The notes beneath the pieces were generated by a model that had not been told where the DNA came from, did not search any database, and worked only from the letters and a program-made list of their open reading frames with translations. The position numbers and the translations under genes were made by a program. A DNA stretch of 64,000 nucleotides from Schizochytrium sp. TIO01 (lineage: Eukaryota; Protista; Bigyra: Labyrinthulomycetes): the NCBI GenBank assembly GCA_004764695.1, contig SMSO01000034.1:3038001-3102000 (forward strand). The letters run 5' to 3'. Below are positions 47,701-59,400 of this stretch, piece after piece; the first letter of the stretch is position 1, and every line of letters starts with the position of its first letter.

Positions 47701-48221
47701 CTCTTCGCACTAGCTCCGGCAAAGCTGTCCACGTGGTAGAACGTACGATTGGACTCTGCGCGAAACCCTCCGTAGTCCTCCTCTGAATCAATCACAGCCA
47801 ATGCCTCGTCGCGCAGTTGCAGTTTCCTAGCCAAAAAAACCACTGCACTCTTCATGTTCGGCACAGCCGCACGATGGTAATCGCCATCCTTGAAGGAAGA
47901 GAAGGAGACGGAGAGAGAGGGCTACCAACTATGAGCCTCCAAGGCCTCGAAGTCGGGGCGAGTTGCACAGGAGGTCCCGCTCCGCCACCAGCCAAACAAG
48001 CACTCACCGATTGCAGCACCAAGTTCGTAGCTCGCAGTCCCTCCTTCGAATCGACTTGTCCACGTGTTATTTATTGCGCACGTCTTACTCGCTCCTCGCG
48101 GGCACGCTCTTCCCCACCGCCACGACCGCATGCACAAAGCGCTGGATGCATTCGAGGCCCAAGCTGCTGCTCGTGGCCAGCTAGCTGGCTACTTAGGTAG
48201 CTAGAGAGCCCTCCAAGCCGT

Positions 48222-48266
48222 CTTGCGAAAGCTCAACTTGCGAAAGCCCAGCTTGCGAAAGCTCAA
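48222..48266. repeat. 15-bp tandem repeat x3, CTTGCGAAAGC(T/C)CA(A/G)
   Basis: Read directly. Confidence 0.9.
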
Positions 48267-50456
48267 CTCTTGTGCATTGGAGGGGTTTCGAGACGATCGT
48301 CGCGAGTTTCTGCAATGCCATCCGGCCAAGATGGTCGATCCAGGGGGCGTTATCGAGCGAGCAAACCAGAGCCGGATCAGGTCTTTGCTCGGTAGATGTG
48401 GCGGCGCTTTGCTGTGTGCAGCTTGTTTGCTTGCCTGCTTGGGAATGAGGACTGACTCCCCTTCCTGGAGTGGCCATGGCGGCATTCGTGTGAACGAAAG
48501 AAAGCACGCCGACATCTCAGGGCAGGCAGCTTGTTGTCTTGTTGTGAGTTCAAGGCAGTATGAAGATGATGGATGTCGTGCACTTAAGTCACGGACCAGT
48601 TCAACCCGGCCGAGATTTTGATCTAGTAGTAGAAGAAGTTCTGTTAGTTTTCTCAGGGCCGCCATTGTCGAGCCTTTAGGTTTTGCTGCCTGTTCAGCGG
48701 GACCTGCTAATGTTCGCTTTTCCTGATGGATGATGTTTGGTGCACGTGCCGAGTCATTGGCATTTGACTTACTTCTGTGGCTCTGTAGGTCGCCCTGCCG
48801 GCGGCTCCTTTCTCGCTGCGTGCGTCGTGCACACCGAGTTGGAGTGCGGCAGCTTGGAGTACCTCCAAGCATGCGATCCAAGAGATGCCATCGACCTGAT
48901 TGATCTAAATTGGACTCCAACGGCGGATCTTCCTCCGCAGGGTTGGAAGCTTCGGGTGCTTTTGAAGTTCTTGTTTAGGTTCGATTCGGAGAAAAGGCCT
49001 CTCAACCTTCGATTATCTGGAGGGTATATAATTTATTTCGCTGGAGCGGCTACGTGAAGTCGAAGTCGAAGTGAAGGAGGTACTGCACTGTCTAGCATTC
49101 TTTGTGCAAGGTTATTTCTTTGCATTCTCAATATCCTTAAAGTTTCGAAGGTCTAGAGACAATAGCTGGCATGGTCCTAAAGCAGTCCTGGAGGATTTCT
49201 TTAATTTTATTTTTTATTTTTTTTTAATAGGGTATTATTATTAGTAGTAGCACTATTTTTATTAATGAACTGTAGTAGATTTGTTCAATTGGGACCTTGT
49301 CTGATGCAGCAGGAGTGTAGTAAACCCAGGGCCAAGCTTACATAAACTGCAAAAAAGGTGGAAGATGCTTCTCCTCTTTAAAAGCGTAGAGCCGAGCTTC
49401 TGACTTGGCAGCTTCAATACTACCTACCATGTATACAGGAGCCGAAACTTGAATTATTTCATGTTGGCCCTACATGATGATAATGATGATGATGATGATT
49501 ATTATTATTACGGTTATAGTGGGGGGAAAATGTTTATTTTAATAATCAGTATTTAAACTATTTAGTACATTTTAGTACATATAAAATATTAGAATATTGT
49601 TTTCTAGATCGAAAAATATGTAGGCTATTTATAAGTGAGAGAATGATGAAAGTTTGTTTATGAGGACTGATGATAGCTTATGATTTACCAGAACAGGCTA
49701 CTGGTGTGACTGCTGAAGCAGTGACACTACGTGGGCGGACACATTGAGAATCCTAAAACAGAAGTCGTAATATAAATTCGCTCGTGCCCAATCGCGGTGA
49801 GGATGTGCCTTTAATAGCTTAAACACAAGTCACGAACACGTACAAAACCTACATGTTTAACATGCACCAGGTGAATTCACCTCTGCATTGAGATGTGAGC
49901 CTTTCACGTTCGAAATTTGTTATGGCTTTAACCTAAACATAGATTCGCACCTACTTCTAGCTATCCAGCTATCTTCCTATATAGCCACCTATTTGAAGGG
50001 CTAAAATTTATCAGAAACTATTTAATATTCTATTCAAATTAGCATCGTCACAAGCCAGTATACACATATATCTCTTCAAAGATTGAATATCTCCCAACTA
50101 AAATTAGTATCTTATATTTAAACATTGGCATCACTTATATTGTAGTATCCCCGACTTGTATTATGTAGTAGATATTGGCACACGGCTGTCCCTCCCAGCG
50201 AGAATGCCCATCAAGTATGAGTGCAACCTTGGTACAAACAACAGCAGAATGCAAGGTGCATAATGTAGTCAACGACCGCAACATGAAAAGGCATTTCTTT
50301 GCCAATCGTGTTATGCCAAGAACCCGGCCTTCACACGAACGAAACATATATACCAGATCATCAGATCAGATCAAATCAAATCAAATATTTATTATAACCA
50401 AGCCAAAATTTAAAACGAAAGTCTCTCCTTTGAAATCTTGCTTTGGTCAATGAGCA

Positions 50457-51476
50457 TCATTCAAGTAAAACATCTTGAGGCAGAGTGTCTTCTGTGTTGC
50501 AGCTCGAATTAAATTGATGGGCCCGAAAGACACTGTAACAATGTGCATCAACCATAGTATCAACTATGCCTGGCAAAAGGCTAAAGTGGAGACAGGTAGT
50601 GGAATCGTAATCTGTGGCAATCTGATAACCTTGGCACTTTGGGTTAAGTTGGCATAGATATTTGCATTCATCTTCACTACAATAGTCAGAATCAGGGCAT
50701 GGCTTATAGCCCTCACCTGCGTCCCAGCAAGCACCGTTAGCGTCTCCAGAAGTCACCTCCTTCGTGCAAGATTTGGGTAAGATGCCTGTGCATTCTTCAT
50801 TGCGCGGGTAGCAACGATAAGATGCTTTCAATGAATTTCCATCAAAATCCGTCTTGGAGACCCCTGTTACAGTAGCGTAAATAATCGTACAAACATGATT
50901 GGCTGCATCGTAATTGATTCCTCTACAGTCAATGTTTGCGTGGCAGCGCAATTTACATTCCTCAACTGTACAGCCTTCGCAAATTTCATCAACGCTGTCG
51001 TAATACAAATCGCGAATTTTATCATTGGAAAATGTGTTTCCGGTATTAGCGTTCCAGGCAACTCCTTCGCTGCTTGAATCACTACTATCTTGAACCGGGA
51101 TAGAGAAAACGCAGCTGCCCGTCTGGAAGCTAACCCCAGTGCAACTGAGGGTCTTCGCTGCGCCATCTGCAGAATCGTATCTTGTGTTGTATGCACAGTA
51201 GTCGTCATCTGCATACTGGGGGTGTGTCTTGCATTCTTTATTCCTCAAGCAATACCAATACTTGTAGTCAGAGTCGACTTGACAGGAAAAGCGACGAAAC
51301 TCCTTGCGCTTTGTTTTGCACTTTGCAATACTTTCTTTTGATTTAAGCCTATTACATGCCCACGTAATACCGGGATCCACCTTTTTAGCCGGGTTGCTCT
51401 CTGGAGGCTGAGATGCTATTACACCTTGGAGGGCCATGACCACTGCCAATGTAAACATGGCAAGTACTGTTTTCAT
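50457..51476 (-). CDS. Secreted cysteine-rich protein with two PAN/apple-like domains (paralog A)
   Basis: Signal peptide MKTVLAMFTLAVVMALQGVIA; TVEECKLRCHANIDCRGINY..CTIIY and SEDECKYLCQLNPKCQGYQ..TCLHF fit the PAN CxxxC..CxGxxY..C pattern; colinear with 62031-63053. Confidence 0.88.
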   Translation of the reverse strand: MKTVLAMFTLAVVMALQGVIASQPPESNPAKKVDPGITWACNRLKSKESIAKCKTKRKEFRRFSCQVDSDYKYWYCLRNKECKTHPQYADDDYCAYNTRYDSADGAAKTLSCTGVSFQTGSCVFSIPVQDSSDSSSEGVAWNANTGNTFSNDKIRDLYYDSVDEICEGCTVEECKLRCHANIDCRGINYDAANHVCTIIYATVTGVSKTDFDGNSLKASYRCYPRNEECTGILPKSCTKEVTSGDANGACWDAGEGYKPCPDSDYCSEDECKYLCQLNPKCQGYQIATDYDSTTCLHFSLLPGIVDTMVDAHCYSVFRAHQFNSSCNTEDTLPQDVLLE

Positions 51477-53115
51477 TGTTTTGACTCTTAAATTTAGAGT
51501 TCGCCCAGATGTATAAGTTCGCTCAATAGGCTCGAATGACCAAGTTGGAGAGCTATAAATACTTGGTATGTTCGTCAAATGAGGTTTATTTCACTACAAA
51601 CTGCGTTGCAAGCAGGCTAGAGGTATCGTTGCTACTGGCCTGGAAATCGATTTGTTTGCAGGAGACTTGCCTAGGCAGCACCCGGACTGCGCCACAGCTT
51701 GGCTGTCCCTGATGAACTCCAGCCTGTTAATGACCCCTTCGAGGTGACCAGGTTCTCATTTCGAGATTGTAGTAGTAGCGTCTCCAAGCAACTTGCCTTG
51801 CTTGCGCTACTTGTTCATGACAGTTCTTAAGCCGTAGCTAATACGAGGAACTACCATGCGGCAACGAGAAACAAAACTTAAAACACCAAGAGAACGTCTT
51901 TCACATCCCGTCGGGGTATCGCTTTGTAGTCATCTCAAGTTGGCTACGCCTTTAAAGTTCTAATCAGCGTAGCACAGACCTTTTTAGAACATTCACAAAA
52001 GCAAACGAAATCTTTCAACTTTACTGGGGATGGCTGCGCAGGGACAGATGGCTCCTGGCATACGGCCCCACATATAGTTCCACACTCCCCGCAGTGATTT
52101 CCGGCGAAATGCAGGAGTGGTACGCGCACTTCAATCTTCTCGTGACTTGAGGGCTGCAGAAGAGATCAAACAAAGCAGATCATGTGTACAGATAAGTAAA
52201 TAAACAAGTAACCTTCAAGAATCTTGAGGGCCAGTTGAGCGCCGCCGAAGAGGAACTTTCGCGGAGACCAACCAATCATTCGCGTCAAGTTTTCATGGGC
52301 CCCAACGGCGACCAACTTCATTCATGGAACGACGCCGGCGCATTGAGCAGTTCTGCAGGGGTACGCGAGTGCTCGAATGAATGTATGAATGAATGTACGA
52401 TTTTACGCACATGCAGGAAATTGACGCAGTCTAAGTGTCCCTAATAGATGGTAGATAGCTCTATAGACCACCAATCTTTCATCAGCTCGCAGGGGCTGTT
52501 GAGGATGGATACATGCGCCTACAGAGCTAAGATAGGCACCGATTGGCAGGGATCTTCGACCTAGATAATATCGATGGATGCGGCACAGTAACAGCGCAGT
52601 CCGGAGGCTCCAAAAGACCGCGTGCCTGGCCAGGCTCGCTGAGGTCGGAGTGTTGTCTACTGTTAATTTATTGTTTATTAACCGTATGGTGGTGATTGGC
52701 TTTGTAAGGATTTGGGCGATGTGCTAGACTTGCCAATCAATAAAGCAAGCAAGCAAGCTAGCTAGCTAGCTAGCTAGAAAGCAGGCAATAAACCAAGCAA
52801 GGAAACAAAATGCGCTTTGCAGCAGCCGCCTTGCGGTTGGTTCGATGCTTGCAATACACGCTTTCAGAGACACCTGCTGGCAAGCTCGCTTTTCAGCCTG
52901 CACGATACATTCAATCGAACTCGAGGTGGATTCTGCACAAGTAAGTTAGGAAGGGTCTCCATTGAAAGTGCATTGGCTCGTTTTGTTGAAAGAGCTCTGT
53001 TCTCCAATCCCACTCGCCAATTGGTAGAGGCCGAGCGCTCTGAATAACTCTTCAGTGGGTCGATCAGCAGGTACAAACAGGTAAACAGGTACATGAGTTG
53101 TTAACCCAATCAGCC

Positions 53116-53913
53116 ATGGAAACAGACCAACCAATCAGTGACACCCAAGGTGTAGACGGCCTGACAAGCGGGTCCTGGGCCTCCGTGGAGAGCAGGAGTG
53201 AGCTCAGTGCAGGCAAGAGCGCGCGCAATGACAGGCGGCAGGCACTCTCAGAAGGAGGGAAGGAGTTCATAAAGTTTTACAACCTGGGCAAAGAAACACC
53301 CACTCATCGCAGCACGTGCAAGGGCGGCCTCTGCATGTGCGGTAGTTAATGCACGTGTGCACGTGTACAGGTGCTGCGCACTGAGTAGAGCGCTGAACTA
53401 GTTCTGTTGGCGCTTGAGAAGTGCCGAAAGAAAGCCATGGCCTTCATATATGAAAGCTACGGGTACGCATCCATCCATTATCGTCGAGGCGATGACTTTG
53501 GCGGTCGAGGTGGAGGTCCCCAGGCTAGATTGCTGCGCAGGGCTTCGCTGCTAATTGTACGGTCGAGAGCCTCGATTGCTCACGCACTGGTTATCTCGGG
53601 ATCGCCAGAGTAAGAAGTCGCGTGCACGAAGACAATGCATGGTGCAAGAAAGCGAATGGTTCCCGCTGGCGATGGCAAGATAAATAACTGCCTCAGGCCG
53701 CAACAAGTGCCGCGTACCTGCGTCGACAATCTCAGAGCAGATCTTGGAGCGCGGGATTGGTTGGAGGCTCGAATTTGGACGTTTGCTCTCTTGCCTTGGG
53801 TTAATAAGCCAAGGCGTACGAGGACTTTGCCAGCAAGATTCGCAAGCCGCGTGAATGAACGATGCCATCCGCCTGCGGACAATGACTTGAAGAAAGCCTC
53901 GCGCCAGAGATGA
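53116..53913 (+). pseudogene. Possible fucosyltransferase-like (GT-B, HxRRGD) relic
   Basis: Three listed ORFs share one frame, separated by TAA 53347, TAG 53386 and TAA 53611; contains CRKKAMAFIYESYGYASIHYRRGDDF. Confidence 0.35.
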
Positions 53914-54961
53914 AAATGCTGGATGCATCGGCGTGGCAGATCCTGCATAGATAGATGATGAGGTTCTTGAAGTTGTATGTGCAAGACGGAAAGTTAAACC
54001 AGTGCTAGATGTCGCCCCAAATTTGCAAGTCGATGCAGCAGGCTACGGCAGTCCGTCAGGGCCGAACGTAGTATAAGAATAAGCTTCAATTTGGCCCCTC
54101 AACAGCTGAGATTTCCCAAACCTCGCTTGGCCTTTCTTCAGATTTGCACAACACCGAACAAGCTCAGAGTCTGGTTGTCTGCCTGCCGGGTGAGCGGGAG
54201 GGTACGCGCAGTTTTCAGGTCTTTTGGAATGCGAGAAATTCCCCATTCCGCCAGGCTCGAGCTGCTTTCGCCTCAACCGTAAGAGTCAATTTGCACACTT
54301 TGTTCTGCGCAATCACTGCTGCATTCATCAAGGCGCCCTTGTAATTAAATCCATGCATAGATTCATTCATTCGTTCACTCATTCACTCATTAACCCCGGC
54401 GTGTATGTATGTATCTAAGAAGGCTAGGCAACTGTGGTTGGGCTGTGGGCCACAGTTGATTTAAAAGAGAGTCATTCACTATCAAAGCAAAGACTGATGC
54501 GCGGGAGGTAATAGATCAATAGATCGCGGTCAACAACCATCGCGCGAAAAGCCATACCCGAAGAGAATAAGTACCACATTACATCGAGCAGCTAAGGGAG
54601 GGACGGATCCAGGCCGGCGGCGTGGCTGGTCCTGGAAGAGGGCAGGCGAAGCTCTTTGGAAACGATTCGCTCGAGGGCTTTTGACCTTCCCGATGGACAG
54701 GTTCACTTCCGAACGTCTGAAGTCGTTTTGCTTCGTCAAGAACTTGAGAGCGAGTACCCTGGTGAACAGGCGAACGCGACGCACACCCTCCCTGGGCACA
54801 CCGAGTACTCCCTCCTGAAGTACCAAGTGGGCTGGCTGACAACTTGACAACTAACTTTGGCCAAAAGTCAATGCGCAGTACACGTACACACGCCTCCGGG
54901 CTTATGGACGATAGCCGGGGCCCAGGGGGCTGCGTACCTGGCGATGTTCCGCTCGCTGGCC

Positions 54962-55003
<42 letters not shown>
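54962..55003. repeat. (GGCT)n microsatellite
   Basis: Read directly. Confidence 0.95.
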
Positions 55004-56445
55004 GCGTGCTTCTGCGAGCTCTTCGAGGAGTCTCTGAAGTGCCGACGGAGGAGGTTTGCGCTCGACGCTCCGAATCGCATTGATGACTCTTGGAGTCGCC
55101 AGCGACAGGTTCGACTCGCCTGCTGGCTCGCCTGCTTGCTTGACGGACGAACCTCAGACAAAGCCATCTCTTCGAGCGGAGACCCCGAAAACAAATCGAA
55201 GCCCGCTCCGAAGGACCCCGAAGGTGCTGGAAAAGGTAGTCAAGGCATCTCTCGCTCCATCTGCCGCGCGAAGGGGTACTCGGACTGTCCACAAAGCGCT
55301 TTCCCGGGTACCAGGCATCAGCGCCTTCGCGTTTGCTGCGATGCACAATCTGTGCCGCCCGTGGACCGAACCGAATTGAACTTAGGGTCAGCCAAGTGAC
55401 GAATTGCGTACAATTTCAATCAAGGCGAGAGAATCGTCGAGCTGTAGGGAGGAGCCGAGAACCTCATTGTGCCCCTGCGATTGCAGCCATCTTTGCAGCT
55501 GCGAAGTCATTAATTGCGACCAACGCATGCGCGGGTCTCACCATGCTCTTCAACGTCAGCGTTGACGGCACCTCCGGACACGCTCCGACCTGCAATGAAT
55601 CTTCTCCGTGTGCTCGTGCGAGACATGCGCGGCGTACGCCCTGGCTTAAGCCAGTTTGCTCTCGTCAGGTTTTCAGCTTCAAGTTGAAGATCTAATGCAA
55701 GACACAACAAGTTCTTCTTGCTCGGAGACCTTGCTTGGCCTTCGGAGCCCTTGATCTCTTGATATCGAAGTTCTCTTAAAACCATCCATCACGCCGCCAC
55801 CTTTGGGCCTTTCTTGAGATTCTCTCATTCTCTCCATCTTTACTCACTGCCGTAGGCCAATGCCTTAGCGAACGAAAGGTGCTGCGAGCAAAGCCGTGGC
55901 CGCTCGTACACACTCAGTGCTTCTTCGAATGAAATAGAGAGATGATGGACAATGAGCTTACTTTCAAGCGAAACTTGAAGTCAGTAAGTCACTCACTCAC
56001 TCACTATTAGCGACCTCCGCGTACTGGGACGAAAAGCTCGCCAGCCCTCGAGCCCAGTCCTCATTTCGGCATTGCCAGAAATGATCTCTGTTCTGTACCA
56101 GAGTCTTGATGCGTGGAGTTTGCGCAGGCATCATCATTGATGTTTCGGTCTTTTCTGCTCGATTAAGATTGGTTGGGTTTTCGGAAGCCCATTCTCACTG
56201 TGCATGTCTATTACTAGTGGTCTGTGGGATAGTGTGGGACCACAGCACAGGTTTGTAGAGTAGACTCGCCCCACAGCGCAGTCCTCTTTATTTACTTATA
56301 AGCCTCTCTGCGCATAAGGTAGTGAGAGGCGAGTGCTCTGAAGATTAGCAAACCCCAATCCGGCAACAAGGGTGGGTGGTGATCTCTAAGACAGTGACTG
56401 AGTTGAAGATTTGCCAACGGAAAAGCACGTTGCCTGCACGCCACA

Positions 56446-59400
56446 ATGCCGCTGGGGCAATGGGTCCCAGCGAAAAGATGGAGCTTAAAACTGCTCGTAA
56501 TCTCCGTGCTACTGATCGCCATTGCCAGCTCCATGAACTCTGCGGCAGGCTTGAAAATTCTGGCCGAAGTGCCTCAAACATATCGGACCCTCTATCCTGC
56601 CAGTGCAGTAGCAAAGTTAGTCCTAGGAACCAAAGTATGTACAGCTGTTCTTGTAGCTGAAGATAAGGCTGTCACCGCGAGGCATTGTGTCCTGGAAGCA
56701 AATTCAGATGAAAGTAGCTCCTACATTGGCGCACTACTCGACTCAGGAGATGCTTTCTATTCCAAGGCCTACTTGGAGTTTCTTGACGCATCAGAGCAGT
56801 CAATCAATGTCACAGTCTGGGGTCTCAAGCTCGGTGATCCTGCCAATCACAACGATGACTGGGCTATCCTGGCTATCCTTTACCTTAATACAGATGAGCT
56901 TGCAGATTGGCCTCCGTCTAATATCTCGCCTATTCCTCTCAACAATGACGCTAAAGCATTTACTATTGGCGACTTGGGCGTTATGGCATACGGATTCGAC
57001 AGCTCCAAAACGAGCTATCTGATTGCCGACTTTCAGTGCACGATGATCTCAAATCACGTCGACGAAGATATTATTCAGCATACTTGTGGAATCAGCAATG
57101 GTGCATCTGGAGGTCCAATCCTAACGTATCCCTGCGATAGTGAGATATGTACAGATGATGCCGAGCGATTCTCTCTTCTAGGCATACATGTTCGAGAAGT
57201 CCCTTCTAATACAGAGGAAATCTTACGCGAAATGGTCCCTATCATGAGCTTTAGAGAACAACTTTTGTCATCCTCTGCACCAAAGCTTGTAACCTCCGTA
57301 CGTCTGCTCATGGGAAAATATCAACTCAGTCTTAAAGACGATGATACTCCCACCTCAATAAACGAAGGGGCAAATAATATCCCTTTGGCTTCACTTTGGG
57401 AAATCGTGCGATCCGAGTCTGACATTGTCTCAGGATACTTTTATCTTCGGAATCGTGGAACTAATACTCTTAAAATTTATTTGTCAACGGAGAAGAAACG
57501 TGCCTCGGTGCAGTCCGACTACAAAACAGTAGAATCTTCTTCTGGTAAGCGATCCACACTTTGGACTTTACATCAACCAAGTAGTGATGAGGAAGACTAT
57601 TGTATACAGTCTGTTGCTACCGGCGACTATTTACTCATTACAGGAAAGAAAGTCACCATGACAAAATCATGCAACAGGAAATCCTTTGTCAGAATAAAGA
57701 CGGAAAATGAGACGGACTATACATCTTCACTTGTCAGTATTACAACACCGACAACAGCCCCAACAACAAGTGTCGCGGCCTCGAGAAACGTGGTTCTGAA
57801 AGATTCTGCGTCGAGCAATATTTTGGAAGCAACCGTTTCAGGAAACAAAAAGAAAAACACCATCACCTTCACTTTGCGTAGCTTTGGAGACTTTCTTCCT
57901 AGCACATCACTTTTTCGCATGACTGCCACAAGTAATTCTCTACCGGTTGTGTCTCTACAGAATGCAGGGAATGGCTACTATTTAAGCGCGACAAAGAGTG
58001 GAAATGACATTAAACTCGATCTATTGGAAACTTTTGAGGAGGAAATGTCTGAGTGGTATATAACAGCTCCTTCGTCAGGTGACTATTTGTGTTTTGCATC
58101 GGTTAAATACGAAGGTCACTATTTGGGTATTGGCCTCAGCACCCAGCTTGAAAACACATGTGGTGCTTCAAACGGAGTTTCCTTAAAAGAGCCCTTTGTG
58201 AGCTATGGAGATATCCAAATTTCTAGTCTAGACAACATAAATGCTTTCCCCGCCGAAGACTGCGATGAAGATTCTAGCTCGGATGTCTTGTATAACAGCG
58301 ATGAGCCGTGTGCACTCGGTGATAACCAGGGTGTTAAGGTTGAATCTTTAGAAACTTGTGACGAACTGAGCTGCATCAGCCAATCTGTGTGTGCCTGTGA
58401 TACAAGTGACTGTCATCCTAATTTAACAACAACGCTTGATTGTTTTGAACATAACAAAACCGAGATCCTCAAAATTGCAAGCTACACGAACCTCCAGTCT
58501 CTCACACTCAGAAACATAGGACTACAAAGCTCTGACCTTATCGAAATCTTTGACTGGTCAGATTTCGACAAGCTACAGTTTCTCGATATATCAGAAAATG
58601 AGATCTCATCGCTCTATGATGGACTGATCGGACGTTTTCCGAATCTACAATCCTTTCAAGTTGGTGGAAACGGTTTGAGAGCTTTACCTTCTAATATTGG
58701 TTACCTCACCAAGCTGGAACTACTAAACATCGACTCGAACCGCATTGAAGAGCTTCCGGATAGCATAACGAACCTTGCGTCATTGAGCTCTCTCGCCTTG
58801 GTCGGTAATAGAGTTTCAATGCTTCCCGATGGTTTCAGTCGCCTGACAAACTTGGGATCTGTCACTTTTGAAGGCAACAGCATCTCCTCACTCGAAAACG
58901 CAGGATCCTTTGCGAAGTTTGAGGCACTAACGTATCTGAATTTCTTTGGAAATTCATTGACATCCTTGCCGCAGGACTTCACAAAGATGAAAAGCCTTCG
59001 TTGGCTTTCACTCTCTCGGAATGGCCTGGATAAGCTACCAAGTTCCTTGAGCGACTTAAGCCAGCTAACTTGGCTTTCCGTATCTGTGAATGAGCTCACC
59101 GAACTGCCAGACAGCATGACACATTTAACCGGACTGACATCCATTGATATCTATGCCAACAAGCTTACCAACTTACCTTCCGGTATTGGTAACCTTGTAA
59201 ATCTTAGAAAAATTTCAGCCCAGGGTGGAAGTAGTAGCGATAAGCAGTCCACAATCCGTTCCCTACCAGATAGTTTGAGCAATTTGAGCAACCTTCGTAG
59301 CCTCAATCTTGAGAACGCATTAAAATTGACCAGCGATAAGTCTATGCCGTCTGTGATTGCTCAACTCTCAGCTCTTACACTTTTGAACATTGCAAACAAT

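Noticed and set aside
48193-48507. Pentapeptide-repeat protein (VELSQ AGLSQ VELSQ)
   Set aside because: Only three units from a 15-bp DNA tandem repeat; the rest of the ORF is not protein-like
55095-55130. GGTTCGACTC as a tRNA T-loop or B-box
   Set aside because: T-stem does not pair properly and no cloverleaf or A-box can be built; similar words near 42358 and 48978 also fail
54579-55399. Long overlapping ORFs on both strands (255, 180, 108 aa)
   Set aside because: GC-rich sequence plus (GGCT)n suppresses stops; no recognisable motifs
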